In this document: piece after piece, positions 47,630 through 55,535 of the stretch | How positions within the stretch are numbered: position 1 is the first letter of the stretch | Layout: the number at the start of each line of letters is the position of its first letter | Source: Candidatus Marinacidobacterales bacterium | Lineage (GTDB): Bacteria > Acidobacteriota > Vicinamibacteria > Marinacidobacterales > SMYC01 | Assembly (NCBI GenBank): GCA_965224085.1 | Contig: CBDCYI010000005.1 | Span: 1,440,001 to 1,504,000 of the forward strand | DNA length: 64,000 nt | Direction of reading: 5' to 3' | Program-made: the position numbers and the translations under genes | Notes under the pieces: model-generated | The model's input: the letters and a program-made list of their open reading frames with translations, nothing else | Databases searched by the model: none | Told to the model about the DNA's origin: nothing

Positions 47630-48403
47630 CTAAGTCCCCCCGACCTCACGAATAGCGTCCGAGATGAGCTGAATCAATTCGCTCCGCGTCATTTGTACGA
47701 CCTCGTCGCCGTTTCCGGCCACCGCTTCCGCGGGTATCGGACAGGCTTCCCCGCCCGGTGGCCCCTCGAGGTTGTAGACTTTTTGACGCAAGTCGAGAAG
47801 GCGCGACACTTCCTTTCTGGGTAAGAGCCGCTCGCCGCCGAGCTGACGCGAGATGAGCGAGATCTCTGCGAAGTGCTCGATGACTTCCAGCTTGAAATAG
47901 GCGTCGTAGACGTCTTTACCTACGGTTAGTGCGCCGTGGTTCGACAAGAGCAGCCCGTCCGACGTGCGGATCAAACGGTCCACGGAATCGGCGAGATCTT
48001 GGGTCGAAGGCGTCCCGTAATCGGCGAGCGGCACGCAGCCGAGCGTCACGACCACCTCGGCGAGCACTGCACGGTCGAGGGGCACTCCCGCAACAGCGAA
48101 GCCCGTGCATTTCGGTGGATGGGCATGAACGACCGCTTGCACATCGGGCCGGGCATTGTAGACCGAGATATGCATCTGGATCTCGGTCGAGATGCGAGGG
48201 CCGGACAGCGTATGGCCATCCATGTCGCAAGTCGAGATCATCTCCGGGGTCAAATAGCCTTTGCAGGCGCCGGCCGGCGTTCCCATGAGCTCGTTCTCAG
48301 AGAGCCTCATGCTGATATTGCCTTCCATCGCAGCAACGAAGCCGTTTTGATACATGCGGTGTCCCACTTCGCAGATATCTTGTTTATGGCTTTCGCGCGA
48401 CAT
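47630..48403 (-). CDS. Class II aldolase (fuculose-1-phosphate aldolase-like) with C-terminal encapsulation-peptide-like helix
   Basis: EGNISMR, STEIQMH, VVHAHP, YGTPST, LSNHGALT; tail MTRSELIQLISDAIREV after a Pro/Gly linker. Confidence 0.88.
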   Translation of the reverse strand: MSRESHKQDICEVGHRMYQNGFVAAMEGNISMRLSENELMGTPAGACKGYLTPEMISTCDMDGHTLSGPRISTEIQMHISVYNARPDVQAVVHAHPPKCTGFAVAGVPLDRAVLAEVVVTLGCVPLADYGTPSTQDLADSVDRLIRTSDGLLLSNHGALTVGKDVYDAYFKLEVIEHFAEISLISRQLGGERLLPRKEVSRLLDLRQKVYNLEGPPGGEACPIPAEAVAGNGDEVVQMTRSELIQLISDAIREVGGT

Positions 48404-48405
48404 CG

Positions 48406-48681
48406 CTAGTGTGCGCTCAGAAAGCTGTCCCGGCAACGCTCGGAGCAGAAGTGATAGCGCTGACCGGACCGCGACTCCGTGAGGGCGCGTTGCTCGGGAA
48501 GATGGAGGCCGCAGACGGGATCGCGCACCATCAAGCCTTTGTGGATCGTCCGCTTTTCCGGGCTACGATCGGCGCTAGCGCCCACATGGCCGCGGGCATG
48601 CACCACAAGCCAACCAGCGACGGCGCGAAACACCATGCGCACGAGAAAAGCGATCAGAAGAAAGTAGACAAAGCGCGCCAC
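48406..48681 (-). CDS. Membrane-anchored YHS/TRASH domain protein
   Basis: N-terminal TM helix; MVRDPVCG...YHFCSERC. Confidence 0.82.
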   Translation of the reverse strand: MARFVYFLLIAFLVRMVFRAVAGWLVVHARGHVGASADRSPEKRTIHKGLMVRDPVCGLHLPEQRALTESRSGQRYHFCSERCRDSFLSAH

Positions 48682-48682
48682 A

Positions 48683-49282
48683 TCAACTCCCGGGATGCGC
48701 CGACTGCAGCGCGTCGAGCTCGTCCCTTACGCTCTGGGCTTCTTCGGAGCTCGGCGCCACCGCCATTAGCTTTTGCCACATCGCCAAACCACCGTCGATG
48801 TCCTGTTGCAAATAGAGCTTGATACGTCCGAGGCCGAGCAAGCTCGGAGGATGATTCGGATCGATCGCGAGCGTTTGCTCGAAAGAGGCCACGGCGCCGT
48901 CCATGTTCCCCTGATTGAGATAAGACAGAGCGAGATGACTACGAACATGCACGTCTCGGGGCCCGAGCCCGACGGCCCTCTCGAGCCAGGGGACGGCCTC
49001 GACAAACCGCCCCGCATCCATATAGAGCTCTCCGATACGGGCCGAGAGCTGCGGATCGTCGGGGCTCGCAAGAGCGGAGGCTTCGAGCTTTCTGACTTGG
49101 CTCTCATCGAGCGGCGGAAACTGTGACTCACTATCGAGACCGATGGTGGACGCAGTGCTCGCGCTTCCACTCGCCATCACCTCCGCAGGGCTGTCCGGCG
49201 GCAACACCGCGCGAAACACGAAATAACCCGCGGCGATGCCAAAGCACAGTCCCGCGATAAAAAACCCGAGGTCCCGATTCAC
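48683..49282 (-). CDS. Membrane-anchored TPR protein
   Basis: N-terminal TM; TPR units (IGELYMDAGRFVEAV, LALSYLNQG..DGAV..FEQTLAIDPNH). Confidence 0.82.
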   Translation of the reverse strand: MNRDLGFFIAGLCFGIAAGYFVFRAVLPPDSPAEVMASGSASTASTIGLDSESQFPPLDESQVRKLEASALASPDDPQLSARIGELYMDAGRFVEAVPWLERAVGLGPRDVHVRSHLALSYLNQGNMDGAVASFEQTLAIDPNHPPSLLGLGRIKLYLQQDIDGGLAMWQKLMAVAPSSEEAQSVRDELDALQSAHPGS

Positions 49283-49302
49283 GCGCGAAGTTTAGCAGTA
49301 AT

Positions 49303-49416
49303 CGGCATCCGGCATCCAGCGTTCAGCATTCAGGAACTCTCAAGACTGTGGCGACACGGCTTCGAAGCCGCAGTCTCGAGAATATCCTGAACGCCGGGTG
49401 CTGGATGCTGAACGCC
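49303..49416. repeat. Palindromic heptamer-armed element (copy B) overlapping the GT2 3' end
   Basis: cagcgttcagcattcagg arm, core CTCAAGACTGTGGC...GCCGCAGTCTCGAG inverted repeat, cctgaacgc...ctggatgctgaacgcc arm. Confidence 0.7.
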
Positions 49417-50872
49417 GCGTATCTTCTGCGAGCGACAACGCGCCGATATATAAGAAGCCCACCTGGAAGAGCGCTAGGAAGGGGAGCGAACCGTAAATAT
49501 GTTGAGCGGCCGCGTAGGCGACACTCAGCGTGAAGTAGAAACCCAGGCCGAGCTCGAGATACGGCAGCAGGCTCTGGGGGCTTCGGTAGCGCTTTTTGCT
49601 CCATTGGTCGGTCGACGACTCGATCCTGTATTTCGGTGTGCGCACAAAAGCGGTCTCGCGGCCAAAAAGAGCCTCCATGACGGCCTTGGCATTGTTCAAG
49701 CACATGCCGATGCCGAGCGCCAAAAGCATCGGGAGAACTTTGAGACGCCGTCCCCAGTTCTCATAAATCTCGCGTTGCGAGACGACGTAGAAGCTCGTGA
49801 CCGACATCGTCGCCGCGAGGAACAGCGGCAGATCGAACAGAAGCATCTCGTGCCAGCCCATGTTGAAGCGTACGAGCAAGCTCGGGAACATCAGAAGCGA
49901 GAGGAGCACCATCAACGGATAAGCCAGATTCGCTGTGAGGTGAAATACGGCCTCGATCTTCACACGCAGCGGGAGCGGGCTCGCGAGGATCTTCGGAAGG
50001 AGCTTTTGCGCCGTCTGAATGGATCCTTTCGACCAACGATGCTGCTGGCTCTTGAACGCGTTCATCGAGACCGGGATTTCTGCGGGCGCGACCACTTCGG
50101 GCGAGAACACGAAACGCCAACCTCGTAGCTGAGCGCGATAGGAAAGGTCCATATCTTCGGTCAGCGTGTCGTGCTGCCAACCGCCCGCCTCTTCGATGGC
50201 CTGCCGCCGCCACAGCCCCGCCGTACCGTTGAAGTTGAAAAAACAACGGGAGCGATTCCGCCCCCCGTGCTCGAGAACGAAATGCGCGTCGAGCAAGATC
50301 GTCTGCACCCGTGTGAGAAGCGAGTAGTCGCGGTTGAGGTGTCCCCAACGCGCTTGAACCATACCAACGCCCGGATCGGCGAAATGATGGATGGTTTGAT
50401 TCAAGAAATCTGGTAGGGGAACGAAATCTGCGTCGAAGATGGCGATGAGCTCACCGTTCGCGACCTTCAAGCCGGCGGCGAGGGCACCCGCCTTGTAGCC
50501 GGTTCGATCCTCACGATGAAGGTAGTGAACGTCGACGCCGAGCCCGCGGTGAAAGGCCACGCGCGCCTTGGCGACATCCGCCGCCTCGTCGGTCGAGTCG
50601 TCGAGAACTTGGATCTCGAGCCGCTCCTTCGGGTAGTCGAATTGGCACACCGCGTCGAGGAGCCTCTCGACCACGTACAATTCGTTATATACCGGTAGCT
50701 GGACGGTGACCTTCGGAAGGTCTTTGAACCGCCCTTGGGCGTGAGGTCGACGATAGCGATAGCGATAGTAAAGATAGACCATCCAATAACGATGTACCCC
50801 GAAGATCGCGAGCGTGAAGAGGACCGCGAAGTAGGTCGTCAGAAGAAATGTATCCACGGAGACCATTGTCAT
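49340..50872 (-). CDS. Processive GT2 glycosyltransferase (cellulose-synthase-like/CslA type)
   Basis: QLPVYNE, QVLDDS, KAGAL, FDADF, TEDMD, QQHRW (QxxRW), C-terminal TMs. Confidence 0.9.
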   Translation of the reverse strand: MTMVSVDTFLLTTYFAVLFTLAIFGVHRYWMVYLYYRYRYRRPHAQGRFKDLPKVTVQLPVYNELYVVERLLDAVCQFDYPKERLEIQVLDDSTDEAADVAKARVAFHRGLGVDVHYLHREDRTGYKAGALAAGLKVANGELIAIFDADFVPLPDFLNQTIHHFADPGVGMVQARWGHLNRDYSLLTRVQTILLDAHFVLEHGGRNRSRCFFNFNGTAGLWRRQAIEEAGGWQHDTLTEDMDLSYRAQLRGWRFVFSPEVVAPAEIPVSMNAFKSQQHRWSKGSIQTAQKLLPKILASPLPLRVKIEAVFHLTANLAYPLMVLLSLLMFPSLLVRFNMGWHEMLLFDLPLFLAATMSVTSFYVVSQREIYENWGRRLKVLPMLLALGIGMCLNNAKAVMEALFGRETAFVRTPKYRIESSTDQWSKKRYRSPQSLLPYLELGLGFYFTLSVAYAAAQHIYGSLPFLALFQVGFLYIGALSLAEDTRRSASSTRRSGYSRDCGFEAVSPQS

Positions 50873-50942
50873 ATCCTAGACTGCGGTTTTACAAGGCCCA
50901 AATGAACTACGCCACAGGCATTCTCTCAGAGGCCGCGCGATT

Positions 50943-52250
50943 TTGAGAAAAGAGGCCGCGGTTCTCGCGACGCTTGGCCTCGTCGAGCTCGTCCTCACCA
51001 TCTTAGCCTCGCGGGTCGTCGACCGAGGGACCAACTATCCCGTCTATTTGAGCCTCTACTTCGCCATGGGCCTTCCGTGGCTCCTCGCAAGCTACTACGC
51101 CGTGCGACAGGCGTCGGATAGTACCGCAAATCGCCGCCTCGTCGTCATTTTCGCGATCGCGATGCGCCTGCCCTTCCTTGCCACGGAGCCCATCCTCTCC
51201 GACGACATCTTCCGCTACGTCTGGGATGGCCGTGTGCAGCACGCTGGCATCAATCCTTATATTTACGCCCCTGAAGCCGAAGAGCTCGTGTTTCTGAGAA
51301 ACGACCTCTATCTCGGTATCAATAACAAAGATATTCCGACGATTTATCCGCCCGCCATGGAATGGGCCTTCTATGTAGCTATCGCCATCTCGGAGAGCCT
51401 CTTCTTCATGAAAGCGTTCTTCGTGCTCTGCGATTTGGCACTCATCGTCGTGGTGAGCGGGATTTTGCGTGCGCTCGGCCTCAATCCAGTCCGCGCCGTT
51501 ATCTATGGGTGGAGCCCGCTCGTGATCGTCGAGGTTGCCGGCAGTGGGCACAACGATGCCCTCGCCGTATTGGGGCTCTTCGCGGCGCTTCTGGCTCTCC
51601 TACGCCATCGCGACGGGCTCGGGATAGCGATGCTCACTCTTTCCGGCCTTGCAAAGGTCGTCGGCTACGCGCTCGCGCCTCTTTTTCTAAGAGCCGTACG
51701 CCCGCGCGCGTTCGTCGCGATGGCGCTCGTCACCTTCGCTCTCACCCTCCCTTACGCAAGCGCGGGCGGCCTGGCCTTTCGCGGCCTCACCCAATACGGG
51801 CTCCGCTGGCGTTCTAACGACAGCGTGTTCCATATCCTCTTCGCCCTCACGGGTTCGCTCGACACGGCGAAGATTATCGTGGCCGCGACGCTCGTGACCT
51901 TGGTCCTCGTGCTGGTGTTCTTCAACGCGAGACCGCTTCGAAGCGCCTACCTGACCGTGGGCGCGATCCTTCTTCTCACGACGACGGTGCACCCTTGGTA
52001 CTTATTGTGGCTAGCACCCTTTCTCGCCATCTACGCGAGCCCCGCGTGGCTCTATCTCTGTTTGAGTGTTGGCTTGAGCTATCACTCGGCCTATCTCGCC
52101 ACGCCGGGCGAGCCGTGGGAGGACGTTGTCTGGGTGAAAGTCCTCGAATATATGCCGTTCTTCGTCCTCGCGATCTCGAGCGCGGTCCGCGAGCTCCGCG
52201 CCGGCACCCGCGCGCGCCGCGCATTCCTTGGGCTACACTCTCCCCCATGA
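50943..52250 (+). CDS. GT87/DUF2029-like membrane glycosyltransferase (GT-C fold)
   Basis: LSDDIFRYVWDG, GINPY..AP, TIYPP, EVAGSGHND, VHPWYLLW. Confidence 0.82.
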   Translation: MRKEAAVLATLGLVELVLTILASRVVDRGTNYPVYLSLYFAMGLPWLLASYYAVRQASDSTANRRLVVIFAIAMRLPFLATEPILSDDIFRYVWDGRVQHAGINPYIYAPEAEELVFLRNDLYLGINNKDIPTIYPPAMEWAFYVAIAISESLFFMKAFFVLCDLALIVVVSGILRALGLNPVRAVIYGWSPLVIVEVAGSGHNDALAVLGLFAALLALLRHRDGLGIAMLTLSGLAKVVGYALAPLFLRAVRPRAFVAMALVTFALTLPYASAGGLAFRGLTQYGLRWRSNDSVFHILFALTGSLDTAKIIVAATLVTLVLVLVFFNARPLRSAYLTVGAILLLTTTVHPWYLLWLAPFLAIYASPAWLYLCLSVGLSYHSAYLATPGEPWEDVVWVKVLEYMPFFVLAISSAVRELRAGTRARRAFLGLHSPP

Positions 52251-53011
52251 CTCCCGAGCGCGTGCGCGAGATCCTCAGGGCCGTCGCGCGGGGTGAGCGC
52301 ACCGTGGAAGAGGCCGTCTCCGATCTCAAGCTCCTCGCCTTCGAGGAGCTCGGCTTCGCCAAAGTCGACCACCACCGAGCACTGCGGCGCGGCTTCCCCG
52401 AGGTCGTCTTCGGACCTGGGAAGAGCTCCGAGCAGATCGCGGAGATCGCGAAGACGCTCAGAAGCGCAGGCCAAACGGTGCTCGTTACCAAGACGAGCGA
52501 AGCCGCGTTCGAAGCCGTCTCCGCAGTGGCCGAAGGCGCCAAGTGGCACGCGAGCGCAAAGGCCATCGTTATCGGTGCGCCTCCGAAAGCGAGACTCGGA
52601 AGAGCTTCGGTGCTCTGCGCGGGCACGTCGGATATTAACGTCGCGGATGAGGCGGCTCTCACCGCCGAGCTCATGGGTTGCGAGGTCGAGCGTATCTTCG
52701 ATGTCGGCGTCGCGGGCCTTCATCGCTTGCTCGCACATCGCGAGGCTTTGACGAAATCCAACGTCCTCATCGTCGTCGCGGGCATGGACGGCGCGCTCCC
52801 GAGCGTCGTGTCCGGCTTGACCGACGCACCCGTCATCGCTGTCCCGACGAGCGTCGGCTATGGGGCCGCTTTTGCGGGACTCGCACCGCTCCTGACGATG
52901 CTGAACGGGTGCTCGCCCGGGGTCACCGTCGTGAACATCGATAACGGCTTTGGCGCCGGTTACATGGCGGGGACGATCTGCGGCGCGATCCGAGCGATAC
53001 GGACAGACTGA
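52247..53011 (+). CDS. larB: Nickel-pincer cofactor biosynthesis carboxylase/hydrolase (AIR-carboxylase-like)
   Basis: D.HRALRRGFPEVVFG.GK, AGTSD, DVGVAGLHRL, AGMDGALPS, PTSVGYG, VVNIDNGFGA; start ATG 52247. Confidence 0.92.
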   Translation: MTPERVREILRAVARGERTVEEAVSDLKLLAFEELGFAKVDHHRALRRGFPEVVFGPGKSSEQIAEIAKTLRSAGQTVLVTKTSEAAFEAVSAVAEGAKWHASAKAIVIGAPPKARLGRASVLCAGTSDINVADEAALTAELMGCEVERIFDVGVAGLHRLLAHREALTKSNVLIVVAGMDGALPSVVSGLTDAPVIAVPTSVGYGAAFAGLAPLLTMLNGCSPGVTVVNIDNGFGAGYMAGTICGAIRAIRTD

Positions 53012-53150
53012 CAATTGGTTGGCAGCAGCGAGCGTCGCATGATAGTGTAACTGGATCGGGCCGAATCGGAAACGCGTAAGTGGTGTGTCTCTGTAAGTTC
53101 ATTTTTATGAGCTCCGCTCTCTTGCGCGATCTCATGACGGCTCTCGGGCC

Positions 53151-55535
53151 ATGAACATCCGAGCATACGAAGTTTTGGAGTTCGCCCGCATTCGCGAGCG
53201 GCTCGCAAGTCTGGCCGAAACAGATCCGGGCAAGGCTCGTGCTCTCGCGCTCAAGGTCTCCTGCGACAAAGAGCGCGTTTCGCGCAGGCTCGGCGAGACC
53301 TCCGAAGCGCGTCGCCTCGACGATGAAGGCGAAGCTGTAGCGCTTCGCGATCTACCCGATGTGGCTCCTTTTCTCGAGGCCCTCGGCATCGAAGGGCGCT
53401 TGCTGACAGCGGCGGATTTTGTTGCGCTCTTTGTCTTTGCGGGAATCGCCAAGAAAGCCCGAGGCCGCCTCAGCGCCAAAGAAGACGACCTCCCGAGGCT
53501 CTGGGCGCTGACGCAAGAGCTTCCCAACTTGCGGGAGCTCGAAACAGAGCTCAGCCGCGTCCTCGACACAGAGAAGGGCGATCTCCGCGACGATGCGAGC
53601 GCGGAGCTCGCGAAGCTTCGCGCCTCGCTCGGCCGGTTGCGACAAAAGCTCCAAAAAACGCTCGACCGCACTCTCGCCTCACGAGATAACGCCAAGCTTC
53701 TCCAGGAACCGATCGTGACCACGCGCAACGGGCGCTCCGTTCTGCCGGTCAAAGCAGAGTGCAAGTCGCAATTTCGGGGGATCGTACACGGCGCGTCAGC
53801 GAGTGGCGCCACGCTTTTTATCGAGCCCATGGCGACTGTCGAGGTCAACAACGAGATTGCGTCCGTCTTGGATCGTGAGCGGCAGGAAGTGCGCCGGATC
53901 CTCGCGGCGCTCACGGAGCGCGTCCGGCCGAGCCGCCCAGAGCTCACGGAGGCATTCGAAATCATGACCGAGCTCGACCTGGCCCAAGCCAAAGGCCGAC
54001 TCTCCGCCTCTCATCGCGTGGCAGAGCCTCGGATCGGGGAAGGCCTCGCTCTCGTCGATGCCCGTCACCCTCTTTTGGACGAGGCTGTCCCGGTAAGCTT
54101 CCACGTGTCCGGCAAGCGCCGCGGCCTCGTCTTTACGGGCCCCAACACTGGCGGCAAGACGGTCGCGCTCAAGGCTGCTGGCCTTCTCAGCCTGATGGTG
54201 CAGGCAGGCCTCCACGTTCCCGCGAGCTCCCAAAGCTCATTTCCCGTCTTTCGAACTTTGTTCGCGGATATCGGCGACGATCAATCCATCGCATCCAATC
54301 TGTCCACGTTCTCGTCTCACTTGGCGAAAGTCGTCGCGATGGAGCACGAGCTCGATCTTCCTTCTCTCATTATCCTCGACGAAGTGGGGACTGGCACGGA
54401 TCCATCCGAGGGAGGCGCTCTCGGGACTGCGCTCGTGGAGCACTTCCTCGCGCGGGGCGCACTCGTGATAGCGTCCACCCATCACGGCCTCTTGAAAGCC
54501 TATGCGAGTACCACCCAAGGTATCGACGCGGCGTCGTTTCAGTTCGACCCAAAGACCTATGCGCCGACCTACACGATCGTGGAGGGTGCCGCAGGCAGAA
54601 GCCTTGCTTTTGAGATGGCGGAGCGCCTCGGCCTTCCGGCTAGTATCGTTACGCGCGCGCGCGAGCGTCAAGTGGGAGAGCTCGTCCAGAGACTCGAAGC
54701 CGAGAGCGCTGAGCTCGAGGCGCAGCAGGAGCGGCTCGCGAGCGATCGCCGCGCCGCCACCGCCGCCCGCACACGCATCGAAGCGGAAGAGGAAGAAGAG
54801 CGCGTCGGGCGCCGCGAACGCTTGAAGAGCTTTCGCCGCGAGCTCGAGGAAGAGCTCGACAGTACAAGACGAGAGCTTCGTGAGCTCGTCGCCGAAGCGC
54901 GCCAAGCCAGCAAGGAGCAGAACACGCGCCTGAACGAGCTCGAAAAAACGATCTCCGCAAAGCTCGAATCAGTGGCGTCGCCGCTCATCTCGAAAGTCGA
55001 AGCCGAGACACTGGCTCACGAGATGCCTGGGGTGCCTAGGGTATCTGGGGTGCCTGGGGTGCCTAGGGTGCCTAGGCTGAACGATGCGGGGCTCGAACCC
55101 GGCATGCGAGTTCTGGTAGCCTCCTTCGGCATGGAGGGCGAAATCCTGCGCCTCGTCGGGGATGGACAAGCCGAAGTGAACGTGCGCGACAAGAAGCTCC
55201 GGCTCCCGGTCGAACAGCTCGAGCCGCTTCCCAACCGCCCGCCGCCCTCGCCGCGCAGGACGAGCCCGGAATATGGCCTCGAGCTCAAAAAGGTGCAAAA
55301 TGTATTGAGCGAGCTGAACTTGATCGGCTGCACGGTGGAAGACGCGCTCGATCGCACCGACAAGTTCCTCGACGCCGCGTTCTTGAGCGAGTACCGCGAG
55401 GTGCGGCTGATCCACGGCCACGGCACAGGACGGCTGAAGTCTGCGCTTCGGGAATGGCTCACGGGACACCCACAGGTCGCGAATCAGAAGAGCGAGAATC
55501 GTGGTGGGGTTACCGTAGTGGAGCTCAAAGACTGA
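53151..55535 (+). CDS. mutS2: Endonuclease MutS2
   Basis: TGPNTGGKT, DIGDDQSI..NLSTFSSH, LDEVGTGTDP, STHH, C-terminal Smr IHGHGTG. Confidence 0.95.
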   Translation: MNIRAYEVLEFARIRERLASLAETDPGKARALALKVSCDKERVSRRLGETSEARRLDDEGEAVALRDLPDVAPFLEALGIEGRLLTAADFVALFVFAGIAKKARGRLSAKEDDLPRLWALTQELPNLRELETELSRVLDTEKGDLRDDASAELAKLRASLGRLRQKLQKTLDRTLASRDNAKLLQEPIVTTRNGRSVLPVKAECKSQFRGIVHGASASGATLFIEPMATVEVNNEIASVLDRERQEVRRILAALTERVRPSRPELTEAFEIMTELDLAQAKGRLSASHRVAEPRIGEGLALVDARHPLLDEAVPVSFHVSGKRRGLVFTGPNTGGKTVALKAAGLLSLMVQAGLHVPASSQSSFPVFRTLFADIGDDQSIASNLSTFSSHLAKVVAMEHELDLPSLIILDEVGTGTDPSEGGALGTALVEHFLARGALVIASTHHGLLKAYASTTQGIDAASFQFDPKTYAPTYTIVEGAAGRSLAFEMAERLGLPASIVTRARERQVGELVQRLEAESAELEAQQERLASDRRAATAARTRIEAEEEEERVGRRERLKSFRRELEEELDSTRRELRELVAEARQASKEQNTRLNELEKTISAKLESVASPLISKVEAETLAHEMPGVPRVSGVPGVPRVPRLNDAGLEPGMRVLVASFGMEGEILRLVGDGQAEVNVRDKKLRLPVEQLEPLPNRPPPSPRRTSPEYGLELKKVQNVLSELNLIGCTVEDALDRTDKFLDAAFLSEYREVRLIHGHGTGRLKSALREWLTGHPQVANQKSENRGGVTVVELKD
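55024..55077 (+). repeat. In-frame 9-bp tandem repeat (TGCCTRGGG-like)x6 within mutS2
   Basis: Encodes PGVPRVSGVPGVPRVPRL in the linker before the KOW-like region. Confidence 0.9.
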
